Position numbers and translations under genes: made by a program. Below the pieces are notes generated by a model. It searched no databases. It saw nothing but the letters and a program-made list of their open reading frames with translations, and was not told the DNA's origin. A DNA stretch of 64,000 nucleotides from a virus: the IMG/VR virus record IMGVR_UViG_3300007514_000005, positions 8,009-72,008 of that record, one strand, 5' to 3'. Shown in pieces: positions 40,181-50,108 of the stretch (within the stretch, counting starts at the first letter, position 1; each line of letters starts with the position of its first letter).

Positions 40181-41062
40181 CTACGCTCCTAAACACATTC
40201 TAACGAAATTAGCAACGACTATTTGCGGTTCTACGCCCGCAATAAAGTCGCGCTCCGCCGTGACTGCGGCATCTATTACCGCTAATTTAGACGCTACGCG
40301 CGCGTTGGAATCTACCGCGTGTGTGAATACTCTACGCACACTTCTTCGGGGGTCGAAGCCATCAATACACTTCAAGGCTTCTTCGTAATCCTTCTCTCGG
40401 AATACTAATGTAAGGAAAATGTTAGGGTCGAATTCATCATCTATCAATGAATTAAGGAATGAAGTTTGTGTGCTTGGGGTTTTCAAAGTATTGAAGGCTT
40501 GTAGGCAGTTAATCGCGGCTCGCAAATCACCTTTATGAGCGTCAATAATCATGTTCAATTGCCCGTCTGTTATCTCTACGCCTTCTCTACCCACTATTGT
40601 TAGTAGGCGCGCCTTCATATCCTCATCACTAATTGGTTTGAAATGTAAAACGCGACAGCGTGACTGCAACCATTGAGAGACCTTGCTTAAATCATTACAA
40701 GTTAGAATGAAATACCCTGTCGCATTCTCAATGACTCCTTTGAGGGCGGACTGTGCCGCCGAAGTCAATTGGTCTGCTTCATCCAACAGAAAAATTTGGT
40801 TGAAATTTCCTGTCCGAGACATAGGTAGTAATTCTTCTTCTACGAATTCTATACCCCTTGTCTTCTTACTGCTCGCGTTGAAAGTGTGAAGTGTAAAATC
40901 ATATCGTTGTGCTAAGGCATGAGCAAGACTTGTCTTGCCTGTTCCCGCTTCACGGCTATGGAATATCATGTGGCCCATAGAGTCTAAGGAGTCAAGAATA
41001 TGCTCTTGCCCTACTATCTCATCAAGAGAGGGTCGGTGTTTAGTAGCCCAAATATAGGTCAT
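40181..41062 (-). CDS. rfcS: Replication factor C small subunit (clamp loader)
   Basis: W-x-x-KHRP, GTGKT, NAS, LLDEAD, AQSAL, SRC, GDLR-x-x-IN. Confidence 0.93.
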   Translation of the reverse strand: MTYIWATKHRPSLDEIVGQEHILDSLDSMGHMIFHSREAGTGKTSLAHALAQRYDFTLHTFNASSKKTRGIEFVEEELLPMSRTGNFNQIFLLDEADQLTSAAQSALKGVIENATGYFILTCNDLSKVSQWLQSRCRVLHFKPISDEDMKARLLTIVGREGVEITDGQLNMIIDAHKGDLRAAINCLQAFNTLKTPSTQTSFLNSLIDDEFDPNIFLTLVFREKDYEEALKCIDGFDPRRSVRRVFTHAVDSNARVASKLAVIDAAVTAERDFIAGVEPQIVVANFVRMCLGA

Positions 41063-41322
41063 GTATCTTCCTCGTAGGTGGGGGGAGTGGCTTTTCCAAC
41101 GGCTCGCATTTCTTACTTGGATGAGTTAGAAATTTCAGGTGCTTGGATATGGTTTGGACTACCCCAAATGTGTAGCCTCGCCTAAGACAATGTTAGTTTC
41201 AAATGGTTGGTAGAATGGACTCCCATAAGTATTTTCAAGTGTCGCTTATCTCACCAAACCAAATTACGCCTCTTCGGTCTCTCCCCCCAAACCACACTCT
41301 ATCTATCCGCATATAAACCTAA

Positions 41323-41685
41323 TTATGCGAATTTTCTTTCTATCAGTATAGCGTTAAGGAATCTGTATAGGGTAGCCATTTCGTGCTTGTATCCAACAGG
41401 ATTTCGTGAGTCTGTCTCAAGCCCCGCCAAAATACCTAGAGTCAGACCACGAATGAACTCAACCGACCACGCATCGGCCTCTTGAAGATAGGACATGATA
41501 TACTCATACTCTTCCTCTTCATAATCTAAGGTGAAATCTACATCAGCGAGATAAGCCACGCAATCTTTGAGATAAGCAATGTGTCTTGAGTTTTCCTCAG
41601 TCAAAATATCTGATAACAAGGGGTCTGTTCCAAAAGCCCCCATAGAGTGCATAAATTCTAACACAAGTCTCACATCATCTTCCAT
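41323..41685 (-). CDS. Hypothetical acidic protein
   Basis: ORF with promoter motif at 41716-41732. Confidence 0.6.
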   Translation of the reverse strand: MEDDVRLVLEFMHSMGAFGTDPLLSDILTEENSRHIAYLKDCVAYLADVDFTLDYEEEEYEYIMSYLQEADAWSVEFIRGLTLGILAGLETDSRNPVGYKHEMATLYRFLNAILIERKFA

Positions 41686-41731
41686 GCTTATTTCATGGTT
41701 ATAGTGTGCTATAATCTATCCGCATATTAAC

Positions 41732-42127
41732 TCATCGTCTAATACAATGCAAACAAACATTACTATCAGGGGGAAAGACGCGAATACGCCCGCATTTACA
41801 TTTCTGCGAATCTTTTTTCTGCTGTGGAGTCATAACCGTCAAGGAGCGAGTAAAGACAATATCTTCTTTACTCCTGATTAGTTTTCTATCAATGTCGTAA
41901 ATTAAATGCTTGGCCTTTGTTCCGATAGCATTTTCTACTTGCTCAGAACCAACGGCCACCACCTGTGGATTCTTAGACATTAACGCGCTCAGACTATGGG
42001 GAGAAGGAACGGTTCTAACTGATTTTTTCTTGCTTAGTAGGTCAGCCATGCCCTCTTTCGTCATTTCGCCATACTCGTATAGTATATCCACAATTATTCT
42101 GCGTATGCGCCTATTGTTCGCACTCAT
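41732..42127 (-). CDS. Winged-helix + C-terminal Zn-finger protein
   Basis: IL-x-x-x-G-x-MT...L...L; CKCG...CLHC. Confidence 0.6.
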   Translation of the reverse strand: MSANNRRIRRIIVDILYEYGEMTKEGMADLLSKKKSVRTVPSPHSLSALMSKNPQVVAVGSEQVENAIGTKAKHLIYDIDRKLIRSKEDIVFTRSLTVMTPQQKKDSQKCKCGRIRVFPPDSNVCLHCIRR

Positions 42128-42165
42128 GTATAGTCGTGATACTTAAGTGTATTTGAGAGTATTGA

Positions 42166-42342
42166 TTAGTCATCCTGCCCCATAAACATTGAAGCATAGA
42201 AGAATTCACCTTCGTCTCCTTCTTTTTTGTATTTGTGTGTCGGAACAACACTCGCAATTTCATGTAATAATGCCCCCCATACTGCCGCCAAAAACATGAT
42301 TAGTATAGGGATAATACAACACAAAGCCAAAATCAAATCCAT
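42166..42342 (-). CDS. Small membrane protein (58 aa, not in ORF track)
   Basis: MDLILALCCIIPILIMFLAAVWGALLHE...; overlaps the stop of the upstream gene. Confidence 0.55.
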   Translation of the reverse strand: MDLILALCCIIPILIMFLAAVWGALLHEIASVVPTHKYKKEGDEGEFFYASMFMGQDD

Positions 42343-42998
42343 TCGTTAGCCCCCACTTTTGTTTTGTTAATGTTCTTTGGAATCTCAACCGCCTTATCTC
42401 GTATCTCGTTGGCGGCAGAATCATTACCCTCTATAATTTCCTTCCAATACTTGTCGGTTTGGCGGAAGGGAAGGGGAACATCTTGAACATCTTTGTTCTT
42501 TTTCGGCCACTTTGTCTTCTCATGTGAGGCTTCTACCCCGTAAGCAAAAATAGCCCTTACATATTCATCGGGTAATTCCATATTTGCTTGCGCAATGCGT
42601 CTCCAAAGAGCAATGTCGTCTCTATTTTGCCTTAGAAAAGCAAGACCATAGGGAATTGGTAATTCTCTTATCGCATACCACACTCTCTTGCGGTCTTTCC
42701 AAGAGAGCATAGCCATCACATCGTTAAGGTAGGAGCGCCCCTGTCGGGTAGCCCACTCATCAATAATGACGGAATCCTGTAAGTCTCCGGTAATTACGGG
42801 CGGTTTTTCGGTGCAAACCACCAATCTATTACCGACATACGGAAGCCACGCTTCAACATCTTTCTGTGTGAATCTGTCCGTGCGTAGAATGTAAGTGGTA
42901 TCGGGGTTAGAGGGCGGGGTATCTATTTTACCCGTCATAAGAATGTAATTACCAACCATGAATTTTTCATCATCATTAGTAAAAATAACTACTCCCAA
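42333..42998 (-). CDS. Hypothetical protein
   Basis: 221-aa ORF in the operon. Confidence 0.65.
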   Translation of the reverse strand: MGVVIFTNDDEKFMVGNYILMTGKIDTPPSNPDTTYILRTDRFTQKDVEAWLPYVGNRLVVCTEKPPVITGDLQDSVIIDEWATRQGRSYLNDVMAMLSWKDRKRVWYAIRELPIPYGLAFLRQNRDDIALWRRIAQANMELPDEYVRAIFAYGVEASHEKTKWPKKNKDVQDVPLPFRQTDKYWKEIIEGNDSAANEIRDKAVEIPKNINKTKVGANEWI

Positions 42999-43009
42999 AT
43001 TTTTTCCCC

Positions 43010-43279
43010 CTAATTTTCTTTACCGTCTATATATACAAAGGGGTCATGCGCATAAACATAATCGCACAAGCGCCGATACTGTGAGTCGGACAACAACCAC
43101 GCATCTCTAACTGCTTTAGCCGTTAAAGAGTAGCCGTTGTTAGACCAAAGAATCTTACCGTCTCCGAGAACACCTACTAGACCATCCTCTATCATTGCTG
43201 TAATAAGTAAAGGCCATTCGTCCTTGTATATCGGGCGCTTGAACAAATACCTATTTGTCTTGCTTCTCCATTGCTTCAT
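43010..43279 (-). CDS. Hypothetical protein
   Basis: Overlapping operon ORF. Confidence 0.55.
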   Translation of the reverse strand: MKQWRSKTNRYLFKRPIYKDEWPLLITAMIEDGLVGVLGDGKILWSNNGYSLTAKAVRDAWLLSDSQYRRLCDYVYAHDPFVYIDGKEN

Positions 43280-43565
43280 CTAAAGGACTCCCCTCTTTCT
43301 TGTAGGTCTTTACGCTCGCTCTCGCACCTTCCGGCCACTTAGTATTCATAGTCAAATACACAGAATACTCGTTGCGCGGACTGTCTTCATCGTTGCGCTT
43401 CCACACAATACCATGCTCTAAACACTCAAGGTATTCCAAAGCCTTAACTTCTTGTGCGAAAAATTTAGGGGGCATTCTTACTATATTCCATCCGTCTCGG
43501 AAGTAATTGTATCTTCCATCTCTAGCATGACCCGTGACTTTGAAGGGCATAGAACCTATACTCAT
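43251..43565 (-). CDS. Hypothetical protein
   Basis: ATGA-coupled to the upstream gene. Confidence 0.6.
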   Translation of the reverse strand: MSIGSMPFKVTGHARDGRYNYFRDGWNIVRMPPKFFAQEVKALEYLECLEHGIVWKRNDEDSPRNEYSVYLTMNTKWPEGARASVKTYKKEGSPLDEAMEKQDK

Positions 43566-44188
43566 TCTATCACCTCGTAATCAACATCAATCACATTAGA
43601 CGGGGCTTTCAGCGCCGCCATTCTCAATTCTATATCGTCTAACAATTCAGGGTGGTGCTTCAAAGTATCAACAAGTATGCCGCTTAAATTATTCATCTGC
43701 GCTTGCGCGAGAAGTAATTGGGAATCAACACCAATCTCCTTCTTCAATTGACCTACTAATTTGAGACTTGAGTTAGCCTGTCCTATGAGTCTTGTGGCGT
43801 CAGCAACGAAGTCGGAAGTAATGCCGCCATGTTGCTCCTTTCTCTCTTCTAACTCATCCAAGTAAGAGCGTATTCTTATTACAATATCTTCTGCTGAGTC
43901 GAGCGTGTTAATGGACTGCTCTCTTGCCTTCTCCAAGTGCTGTGCTTCTTCGGGGTCGAATTCAATGTGACTCTCCATGTGGGTCATCACCGTTCCTTCC
44001 GGCCAATTATGTTTGCTCTCTAAATAATCGGGGGAAGTTTCGTCAGCCATCACATCTTTTTCGTAATCCTTTCGCTTTTTATGGTCGCACATACCGCACC
44101 CACCATCAAGCACCCATCGGAGCACTTCAATAACGAAAGCATCATTCTCATTAGCAAGTCTTTGTTGTATCTCTAATCGTGTTTTCAT
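43562..44188 (-). CDS. Zn-binding helical protein, coupled to helicase gene
   Basis: CGMCDH...H-x-x-x-H, coiled-coil C-terminus; ATGA overlap with the MCM-like gene. Confidence 0.65.
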   Translation of the reverse strand: MKTRLEIQQRLANENDAFVIEVLRWVLDGGCGMCDHKKRKDYEKDVMADETSPDYLESKHNWPEGTVMTHMESHIEFDPEEAQHLEKAREQSINTLDSAEDIVIRIRSYLDELEERKEQHGGITSDFVADATRLIGQANSSLKLVGQLKKEIGVDSQLLLAQAQMNNLSGILVDTLKHHPELLDDIELRMAALKAPSNVIDVDYEVIE

Positions 44189-45480
44189 TCTACTCCCCCT
44201 GTTCCTATTCTACAAAGCATACCCTTTCTACCACGCCTGTTGGTCTCCGGCTCGTATTCACTATACCATGACTGTCCTTCAAGGTTTTCTATGACCCACC
44301 GCTTAGCGCTTTGGTAATCACCTTGTGTAATCATGCGGGAAATCTCCTTCAACAATTGAGACTTAGGTAAGTCTTGCTTCCAAAAGGTAGAGCGTATCAA
44401 TTCAAGGTCTGCATCCATTACTCGCCTTCGTTGTAGTAGAGACAGGTTAAGTATCTCTTCTAACTGCTCGTCCATAGTAATGAGTAAGGGTTGTCCGCCC
44501 TTGTAGGTAGGTTGCATCATGTGGTATCCAATCGCAAGCCTACGGAATAAGTCTGCCTCAAAGGAACGAACATCGGGGCGTTCAATCCACTCCCCAATGT
44601 CGTCATCGAATATAATCCCCGTAGGGGGGTTGGCTACCGCATACTCCATGCGGTTCTTTAACCATTGTTTTATCTCAAAAGCCATCGAAGCCAATTGCGT
44701 CCTTTCTTCTACGCTCATGTTAGACTGTTGGTGTTGGGCCTTCTTGTAGAGCAATTCCTTTTCGGGAGTCATCTCAATATCAATAATGAAGAATCTTCGG
44801 TCAAGGCCGGAGTCTAACTCAAACCTTGCGGGCTGTGTTCCTGCCCATACTGTGTAGCGGGTTGTGTATCGAACCCACCCATTGCGTAGCGCTTTTTGCA
44901 CGCGCCCATTGTCTAGGGAAGTCAGCAATTGGTTTTTCATATCCATACTGTGGTCTTTTTTTGACGCATCAGACATACTGCTGAATTCCTCAAAGCCTAA
45001 GAATCCACCACACATCTCACGAGCAATAGGTCTGCCCGTCAGGTCTCCGAATTCATCCACAGAACCAAACATACCTGCTTCCGTTATAGAGTTAGCACCC
45101 ATCATGGTTCTCATGCCCTGCCCTAACTCTTGGTTTTGGTTGTGAAGAAGGCCTGTGCCTTCGGCTAGGAATAGTAGAATCATAACCGACTTACCACTAC
45201 CCTTAGCACCACGCAACATAATATGTATGCGCGTATCAGGTAATTGCGACATGGGTGTGTAGAACGGTATATTGCTGTGGCGTAGCGGGCAGTTATCAAT
45301 AGTGAAGTCGTTTTCTTCATCCACCAACGGGCTGTCGGGGTCGAAGTCGCAACGACTACACTTGTTTAGCGCGTTGAATATGTGACTTCCTATACTGCAT
45401 AGGAAAATCGGCAGTTTATCATCTACATCAACATAGTAATTTCGCCGTGCGAATTCTTTAACGCTTGTAAATATGTTCAT
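44185..45480 (-). CDS. MCM-like AAA+ replicative helicase
   Basis: HIMLRGAKGSGKS Walker A, T-x-AG-x-x-G, GG-x-L-x-x-EEF Walker B, LL-x-x-L-x-x-G, LDRRF arginine finger. Confidence 0.75.
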   Translation of the reverse strand: MNIFTSVKEFARRNYYVDVDDKLPIFLCSIGSHIFNALNKCSRCDFDPDSPLVDEENDFTIDNCPLRHSNIPFYTPMSQLPDTRIHIMLRGAKGSGKSVMILLFLAEGTGLLHNQNQELGQGMRTMMGANSITEAGMFGSVDEFGDLTGRPIAREMCGGFLGFEEFSSMSDASKKDHSMDMKNQLLTSLDNGRVQKALRNGWVRYTTRYTVWAGTQPARFELDSGLDRRFFIIDIEMTPEKELLYKKAQHQQSNMSVEERTQLASMAFEIKQWLKNRMEYAVANPPTGIIFDDDIGEWIERPDVRSFEADLFRRLAIGYHMMQPTYKGGQPLLITMDEQLEEILNLSLLQRRRVMDADLELIRSTFWKQDLPKSQLLKEISRMITQGDYQSAKRWVIENLEGQSWYSEYEPETNRRGRKGMLCRIGTGGVE

Positions 45481-46382
45481 GGCCTAAATTCCCCGTTGTC
45501 TGTGCTGTCTCCGAATAGGTCATCAGTATTAAAGCCATCGGCAGGTGGAATAATGTCGTTTATGTTTATCTGAGTCATTGTCTTCATCTCACTTAGTTTA
45601 AGCGACATTTCTTCAAGCGCTTCTTCATCGTGGTTTAGTCCGTATTTTAAGCGTAAGTGGTTAAGGAAGGTATCTGCAACATCACTATCCATGAAGTCTG
45701 TTCCTACACCACCCAACAATACTTCTGAAAAGCGCGGAGTATTTTCACAGAAGGTTGCGAATAAATCACACCATATCCACACATTAGGTTGGACTACGAA
45801 ATCATCATGGGTATCAACCATTGTGTCTCCGTGCATTTTTTCTACCTCATCTGCTAAGCGCACGAAGTCGTATTCTACAATGTGTCCGTGTTCTACATCA
45901 CCAAAGTCCTCAAATTCCCTGTGGAAAGTAAATAGGTTGCTAGTCAGGTAAGACATTCTATTGACGCCTACCTCATTGAGTAGCATTATTATATCCCTTA
46001 CAATAGGGTAGGTGTAGAGCCAAACCATCGGGTTGGCGTTAGGTCTCATCGTAGGCTCTACGGGGTGTAGGTTTGGAATCCTCAGTATGAAGAATCTTTC
46101 ACCCTTATTGTTGTAAGTTTCGTAGAGTCTGTATTCGGGCCAAAACGGGGCGGGAATATAATTGACCGCATTCACAGTCATTAGGTTAGAGTAAATCTTA
46201 GCAATGGGTTCTTGCTCTCCTATCAAAGCCCTACCTGCGAGTGCAGTAGCAAAGCCGTGCTCCTGTTGGTAATACACAATCAAGTGTGTGTTTTCCTTCT
46301 CCGGTTTTTCATCAGTCCAAACCATATCCACATTCATTCTACTTTCTATTACACTCATAGTAAATTCTCCTGTCTCTTCCAT
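45477..46382 (-). CDS. PAC2-like (proteasome assembly chaperone fold) protein, putative
   Basis: G-x-x-x-x-LA-x-x-x-LI...IAKIYS...YRLY...I-x-x-L-x-x-x-GV pattern recalled from the PAC2 family; divergent. Confidence 0.4.
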   Translation of the reverse strand: MEETGEFTMSVIESRMNVDMVWTDEKPEKENTHLIVYYQQEHGFATALAGRALIGEQEPIAKIYSNLMTVNAVNYIPAPFWPEYRLYETYNNKGERFFILRIPNLHPVEPTMRPNANPMVWLYTYPIVRDIIMLLNEVGVNRMSYLTSNLFTFHREFEDFGDVEHGHIVEYDFVRLADEVEKMHGDTMVDTHDDFVVQPNVWIWCDLFATFCENTPRFSEVLLGGVGTDFMDSDVADTFLNHLRLKYGLNHDEEALEEMSLKLSEMKTMTQININDIIPPADGFNTDDLFGDSTDNGEFRP

Positions 46383-46765
46383 TCATCTCTCACAAATTTC
46401 GGGTGTGCCTTTATGTTCATAACCAAGTGGTCTTTTGTAAGAAGGTCTGCTATTTTGCTTTTTATTTCCTCGTCACTCAAAGGCGCATAAAGAGGAATCG
46501 TGCTACTCCTATTCCCGTATGCGTTGTAGTTTTCTTCCACACCTACACACTTGAACCACCTAGACTTCCTCAACACCTGCGCCACCTGATTCATCGAGTA
46601 TGTCTTTCGTGTCCTTACGACTCTACCTGACGACTTGTAAATGGAAGTCCATTCGTTGAGAACATTGTGTATCTCTCGTGTATTCATTGCTCGCCCTTTT
46701 TCTTTCATTGCCGTGTATGCTCTATGTTGCATCGTGGCGTTGCCTCTACTAGCCATAAACCTCAT
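46355..46765 (-). CDS. Winged-helix DNA-binding protein
   Basis: MNTREIH...SMNQVAQVLR...F; the ORF-track ATG at 46780 lies inside the promoter motif, so the start is placed at 46765. Confidence 0.6.
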   Translation of the reverse strand: MRFMASRGNATMQHRAYTAMKEKGRAMNTREIHNVLNEWTSIYKSSGRVVRTRKTYSMNQVAQVLRKSRWFKCVGVEENYNAYGNRSSTIPLYAPLSDEEIKSKIADLLTKDHLVMNIKAHPKFVRDEWKRQENLL

Positions 46766-46958
46766 ACCACCTGTCCGCATATAATTCTTTTTAATTCACC
46801 CACACAAGCAGAAATAATAAATCGCACTACTGCGAGCCACCCCATCTATTTCTTCAATTTCTTCAATGGTATGTTAGAGACCTTCCCTTCCTTAAACCAC
46901 TATTGAAATAATTGAGGAAATTAGAAAAGCGTTAGACTGCAAGCCGATAATTCTTTTT

Positions 46959-47729
46959 TCACTTGTTGGAATTAAGAAAATAATTGTTGAACCACGCCCT
47001 TTCCATAGCGTCTTGCTCTTTAGGTTTCATGTTAGTGGTATCTTTAAGCGGTATATTAGAGCGGAACATAGCATTCTCCATCTTGTTTATCTCATCAATG
47101 AAAGTGTCGAGAACATCATAGAATTTTTCTGCTTCCAAGCCGCTAATTTTACCCTTGAAAATAACGGGGTCTATTGGCTGAACAAACCCTGCTCCTGTAT
47201 CATAACGAGCGCGAACCTTCACCTCTTTATCCATCTGAATAATCTCAATGTTGCGCTGTCCATCCATGTGTGTTAGGCGGTAGTATGCACCATCCGGCTT
47301 AATGAATACGCGCGTGTCTAAACCGCACCCTAACCTACCCTCACAGTAGCCCCTAATCTCTTCTAAGACCACCGCGTTGGCCTCTACCCATGTGGTAGCA
47401 TCCTTACCTACTACTCCACCAATCACACCATTCAGAACCATGACTACCACGACCTCATTGTAGTGGGTAAAGTATTCTTCAAGAATCTCCTTCAATGGGT
47501 TAGCATTTACAATAGAAGAATACTCGTTGTAGTTTAACTCCGAGTCTAGCGACTTGAGAATCTTATGCACTACTTTGTGTTCATCTATGTGGTATTTTTC
47601 ACCGTTATAGACAAGCCACACATCTGCTTTTTTAATTACCTTGTTTTGCCGTCCGCCCCTGCTCCAAGTAGAAGCCGACTCAACCTCAATCTTTGAAGTC
47701 TGTAATTCTAAGACCTTCACGCTTTCCAT
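46959..47729 (-). CDS. Hypothetical protein
   Basis: 256-aa ORF. Confidence 0.65.
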   Translation of the reverse strand: MESVKVLELQTSKIEVESASTWSRGGRQNKVIKKADVWLVYNGEKYHIDEHKVVHKILKSLDSELNYNEYSSIVNANPLKEILEEYFTHYNEVVVVMVLNGVIGGVVGKDATTWVEANAVVLEEIRGYCEGRLGCGLDTRVFIKPDGAYYRLTHMDGQRNIEIIQMDKEVKVRARYDTGAGFVQPIDPVIFKGKISGLEAEKFYDVLDTFIDEINKMENAMFRSNIPLKDTTNMKPKEQDAMERAWFNNYFLNSNK

Positions 47730-47932
47730 TCAGCCCACCACTCAGGGTTCTCCGTTTTATCTCCACGAACCCAAGCCGAATATGCCTTCATGGTCTTGTA
47801 GTAATCATCTCGTAGTGCAAAGGTGTATTTACTAGGTGCTTTCACACCGAACCACTTGTATGCTCTACGCAATATCTCTTCTGCTTCCATTTTTTCTTCT
47901 TCTTCCATCATATCTTCCTTCCTTCTATCCAA
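47717..47932 (-). CDS. Hypothetical protein
   Basis: Likely start 47911 (MMEEE), coupled to neighbours. Confidence 0.55.
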   Translation of the reverse strand: MDRRKEDMMEEEEKMEAEEILRRAYKWFGVKAPSKYTFALRDDYYKTMKAYSAWVRGDKTENPEWWAEWKA

Positions 47933-48198
47933 TTTCTATACTCTTCATAGTTATCCATTTCGTAAATCTTCACGGCCTGTCTGCTACTATCCAAGTCTCT
48001 TACTTCGCTAACTGACTTCACTCCTTTAGCGCCACGCAATAACTGTGCTACCTTAATCGGGTTTGCTTGCACCGACCTTCGTGGTTTGTTTGCTAGTGCT
48101 TCTGCTATCTCTCCTGCCGACAATCCCGTGCGTCTCTCTTGCAAAATGTTGCCGACCTCACGGCGAGTTTGTATGTGCTTCTTGCCCCTCGCTCTCAT
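47908..48198 (-). CDS. Winged-helix protein
   Basis: IL...GLSAGEIAEAL...VAQLLR...Y. Confidence 0.6.
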   Translation of the reverse strand: MRARGKKHIQTRREVGNILQERRTGLSAGEIAEALANKPRRSVQANPIKVAQLLRGAKGVKSVSEVRDLDSSRQAVKIYEMDNYEEYRNWIEGRKI

Positions 48199-48291
48199 AT
48201 ATCTCCCAACCGTTGCTCACACTTAAACCCTTCGCAGGCTCGCAGTCCTTCGATTTTTTTGCTCACAAATTTTTACTTTCACCTATATATA

Positions 48292-48531
48292 TCACAGTAG
48301 AGGGAAGTCGTTTTCATCTCTCGGCGCTTCCTCATTTAGTGGTTCTAGTAGAGTCATCAGGCGCTCCACATATACGCTTGCGTCCATCAATTCTTCCTGT
48401 AAGTGGGTCAGCCACTCTTCAATAGACAGGTCTCCCCTCTCCATAGTCACGCCATACTTCTTCTTTCCTACTTCTGCTCGTGCCTGTATTTTAGCACATA
48501 CTTTATCCTCTATTTTACTCATCTTTTTCAC
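48292..48531 (-). CDS. Small all-alpha phage protein (MazG/NTP-pyrophosphatase-like)
   Basis: R-x-x-x-G-x-x-KYG-x-T...WL-x-H-x-x-EE-x-x-D-x-x-x-Y pattern. Confidence 0.55.
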   Translation of the reverse strand: MKKMSKIEDKVCAKIQARAEVGKKKYGVTMERGDLSIEEWLTHLQEELMDASVYVERLMTLLEPLNEEAPRDENDFPLL

Positions 48532-48817
48532 CTAGTATTTCTTCTATTTCTTTTATTAACTCTTCGTCATAAACACCGCTTAGAATATCCACTATTTTTT
48601 GCCCTCTATGTTCGCGCCTCTTTTTTTCGTTGTGTAGTTTTATTCTTTTGTGCTTACCAAAGTCGAGCCTCTTATTCCAATCTTCCTTAGTAGTCGCTCT
48701 CTCCCCATACTTCGCTTTACTGCCCTTTATGTTGCCTATTCGTGCTCGGTAGTCTCCATCAACGCCCCTCTTACTGCCCCATTTTGGACTCATCTCATCA
48801 CCACCCAACGGCAACAA
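48515..48817 (-). CDS. Basic hypothetical protein
   Basis: Operon ORF; likely start MSPKW. Confidence 0.55.
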   Translation of the reverse strand: MLPLGGDEMSPKWGSKRGVDGDYRARIGNIKGSKAKYGERATTKEDWNKRLDFGKHKRIKLHNEKKRREHRGQKIVDILSGVYDEELIKEIEEILGEKDE

Positions 48818-49041
48818 TCACCGGAGCGAATACGAAGGTCGCTTAGTTTAGCATTACAATTCGGGCATCGTTCCATAATCTATCTCTCCAACAGCCGCAA
48901 TACCTATCATTGGGCGCACCACATTGGAGACACTTCACTCTTCCTCATCTCCTTTGCTTTTCTTTAGGCGGTATAGTCCGGCATCATAATGCTTTTTTCT
49001 CGCCTTGAATTTCATATTGTATCTGTATTTTTCACCCTTAT

Positions 49042-49362
49042 TCATTCTTCCACCTCGTTAATTTCTATGTTTTTTAGACCTGAAAAATTATGCTCATTCA
49101 AGGCCTGTAATACAAACCTTTCCTCTATCCAACCTGTGTGCTCATATCCACACTCGACACACTTCACATCAAGTATCAGTAAATCATGGGGTAGAGAGAC
49201 ACCGGAATAGTCGTGTGTCTCCAAATCAGCAATTCTTACAATCTCCCATCCCCAATAATCATGGTCGCATGGCTCGTCTGCACTCGCCTCGTAAGCCGCT
49301 TCCATCTCGTATTCACTACGCAAGTCCGCTTCTCTTTCTCTCCATTCATCATCTATACTCAT
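49042..49362 (-). CDS. Acidic Zn-finger hypothetical protein
   Basis: CDH...CVECG. Confidence 0.6.
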   Translation of the reverse strand: MSIDDEWREREADLRSEYEMEAAYEASADEPCDHDYWGWEIVRIADLETHDYSGVSLPHDLLILDVKCVECGYEHTGWIEERFVLQALNEHNFSGLKNIEINEVEE

Positions 49363-49574
49363 AAAAAATCCCTCAATACTATTCTCTCTATACTTGCAAG
49401 TTTTTCATCAACGGGTGGGTGAGTCACATATTCAAATTTCAAAAACCCATCGAAGCATTTTTCACATTCCGGTAGCGTGCGGTAGAATTCATCACTCACA
49501 TACTCGTTGGCTGTGGTGTCTCCACACTTACGAGTGCCGTCACCATACATTATGTGCTTCAAGTGGGGCTTCAT
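49359..49574 (-). CDS. Small Cys/His-containing protein
   Basis: H...CG...CEKC; ATGA-coupled. Confidence 0.55.
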   Translation of the reverse strand: MKPHLKHIMYGDGTRKCGDTTANEYVSDEFYRTLPECEKCFDGFLKFEYVTHPPVDEKLASIERIVLRDFL

Positions 49575-49810
49575 TCTTTCGCCTCGTAATCCACATGGTC
49601 TTCCGGTAGTCGGTGTAGTCTTCTATCCGCCAAATTCTTAATCAGTTTAGCGGCGGAAGAAGCGCCCTGTTCAAACCTTTTTACAGCCACCTTATCACCT
49701 ACCGGACACATCTGTTCTTTAACCTTAGAAATATCTATCTCGTCAAGTATGTGTTGGAATATCTCATACTCCACATGGGGAACAGTCCGCGCTCTCATCA
49801 ATCTTACCAT
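49571..49810 (-). CDS. Hypothetical protein
   Basis: Start moved from 49879 to 49810 or 49798 because a promoter-like motif lies at 49822-49851. Confidence 0.5.
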   Translation of the reverse strand: MVRLMRARTVPHVEYEIFQHILDEIDISKVKEQMCPVGDKVAVKRFEQGASSAAKLIKNLADRRLHRLPEDHVDYEAKE

Positions 49811-49823
49811 CCGTTGCTTGCTT

Positions 49824-50108
49824 TTATAGTTTTCTTTTCGACCACGCAAACAAGCGGTTAAAGTCGGTATGAAAGCCATACTGAGACTCAGTAGCCCCCA
49901 TCACAGCCTTAGCAAAGCCTGTCTCTAACCACACACAGACCACATCAAACAGGTCGTCCGCGCTCATCTCAGTAGCGGCATAGTGTAAATCCCACAGCAT
50001 CATGCCTGTGGCCTCACCCATCTCCCCTATCTGTTTATCCATCCTTTTTACGAGCGCTTCCATGCGCTCAAGAGTCATCTCTATATCATCAGTCATTGAT
50101 AATATCAA
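49824..50108 (-). CDS. Hypothetical protein
   Basis: ORF track. Confidence 0.5.
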   Translation of the reverse strand: MILSMTDDIEMTLERMEALVKRMDKQIGEMGEATGMMLWDLHYAATEMSADDLFDVVCVWLETGFAKAVMGATESQYGFHTDFNRLFAWSKRKL

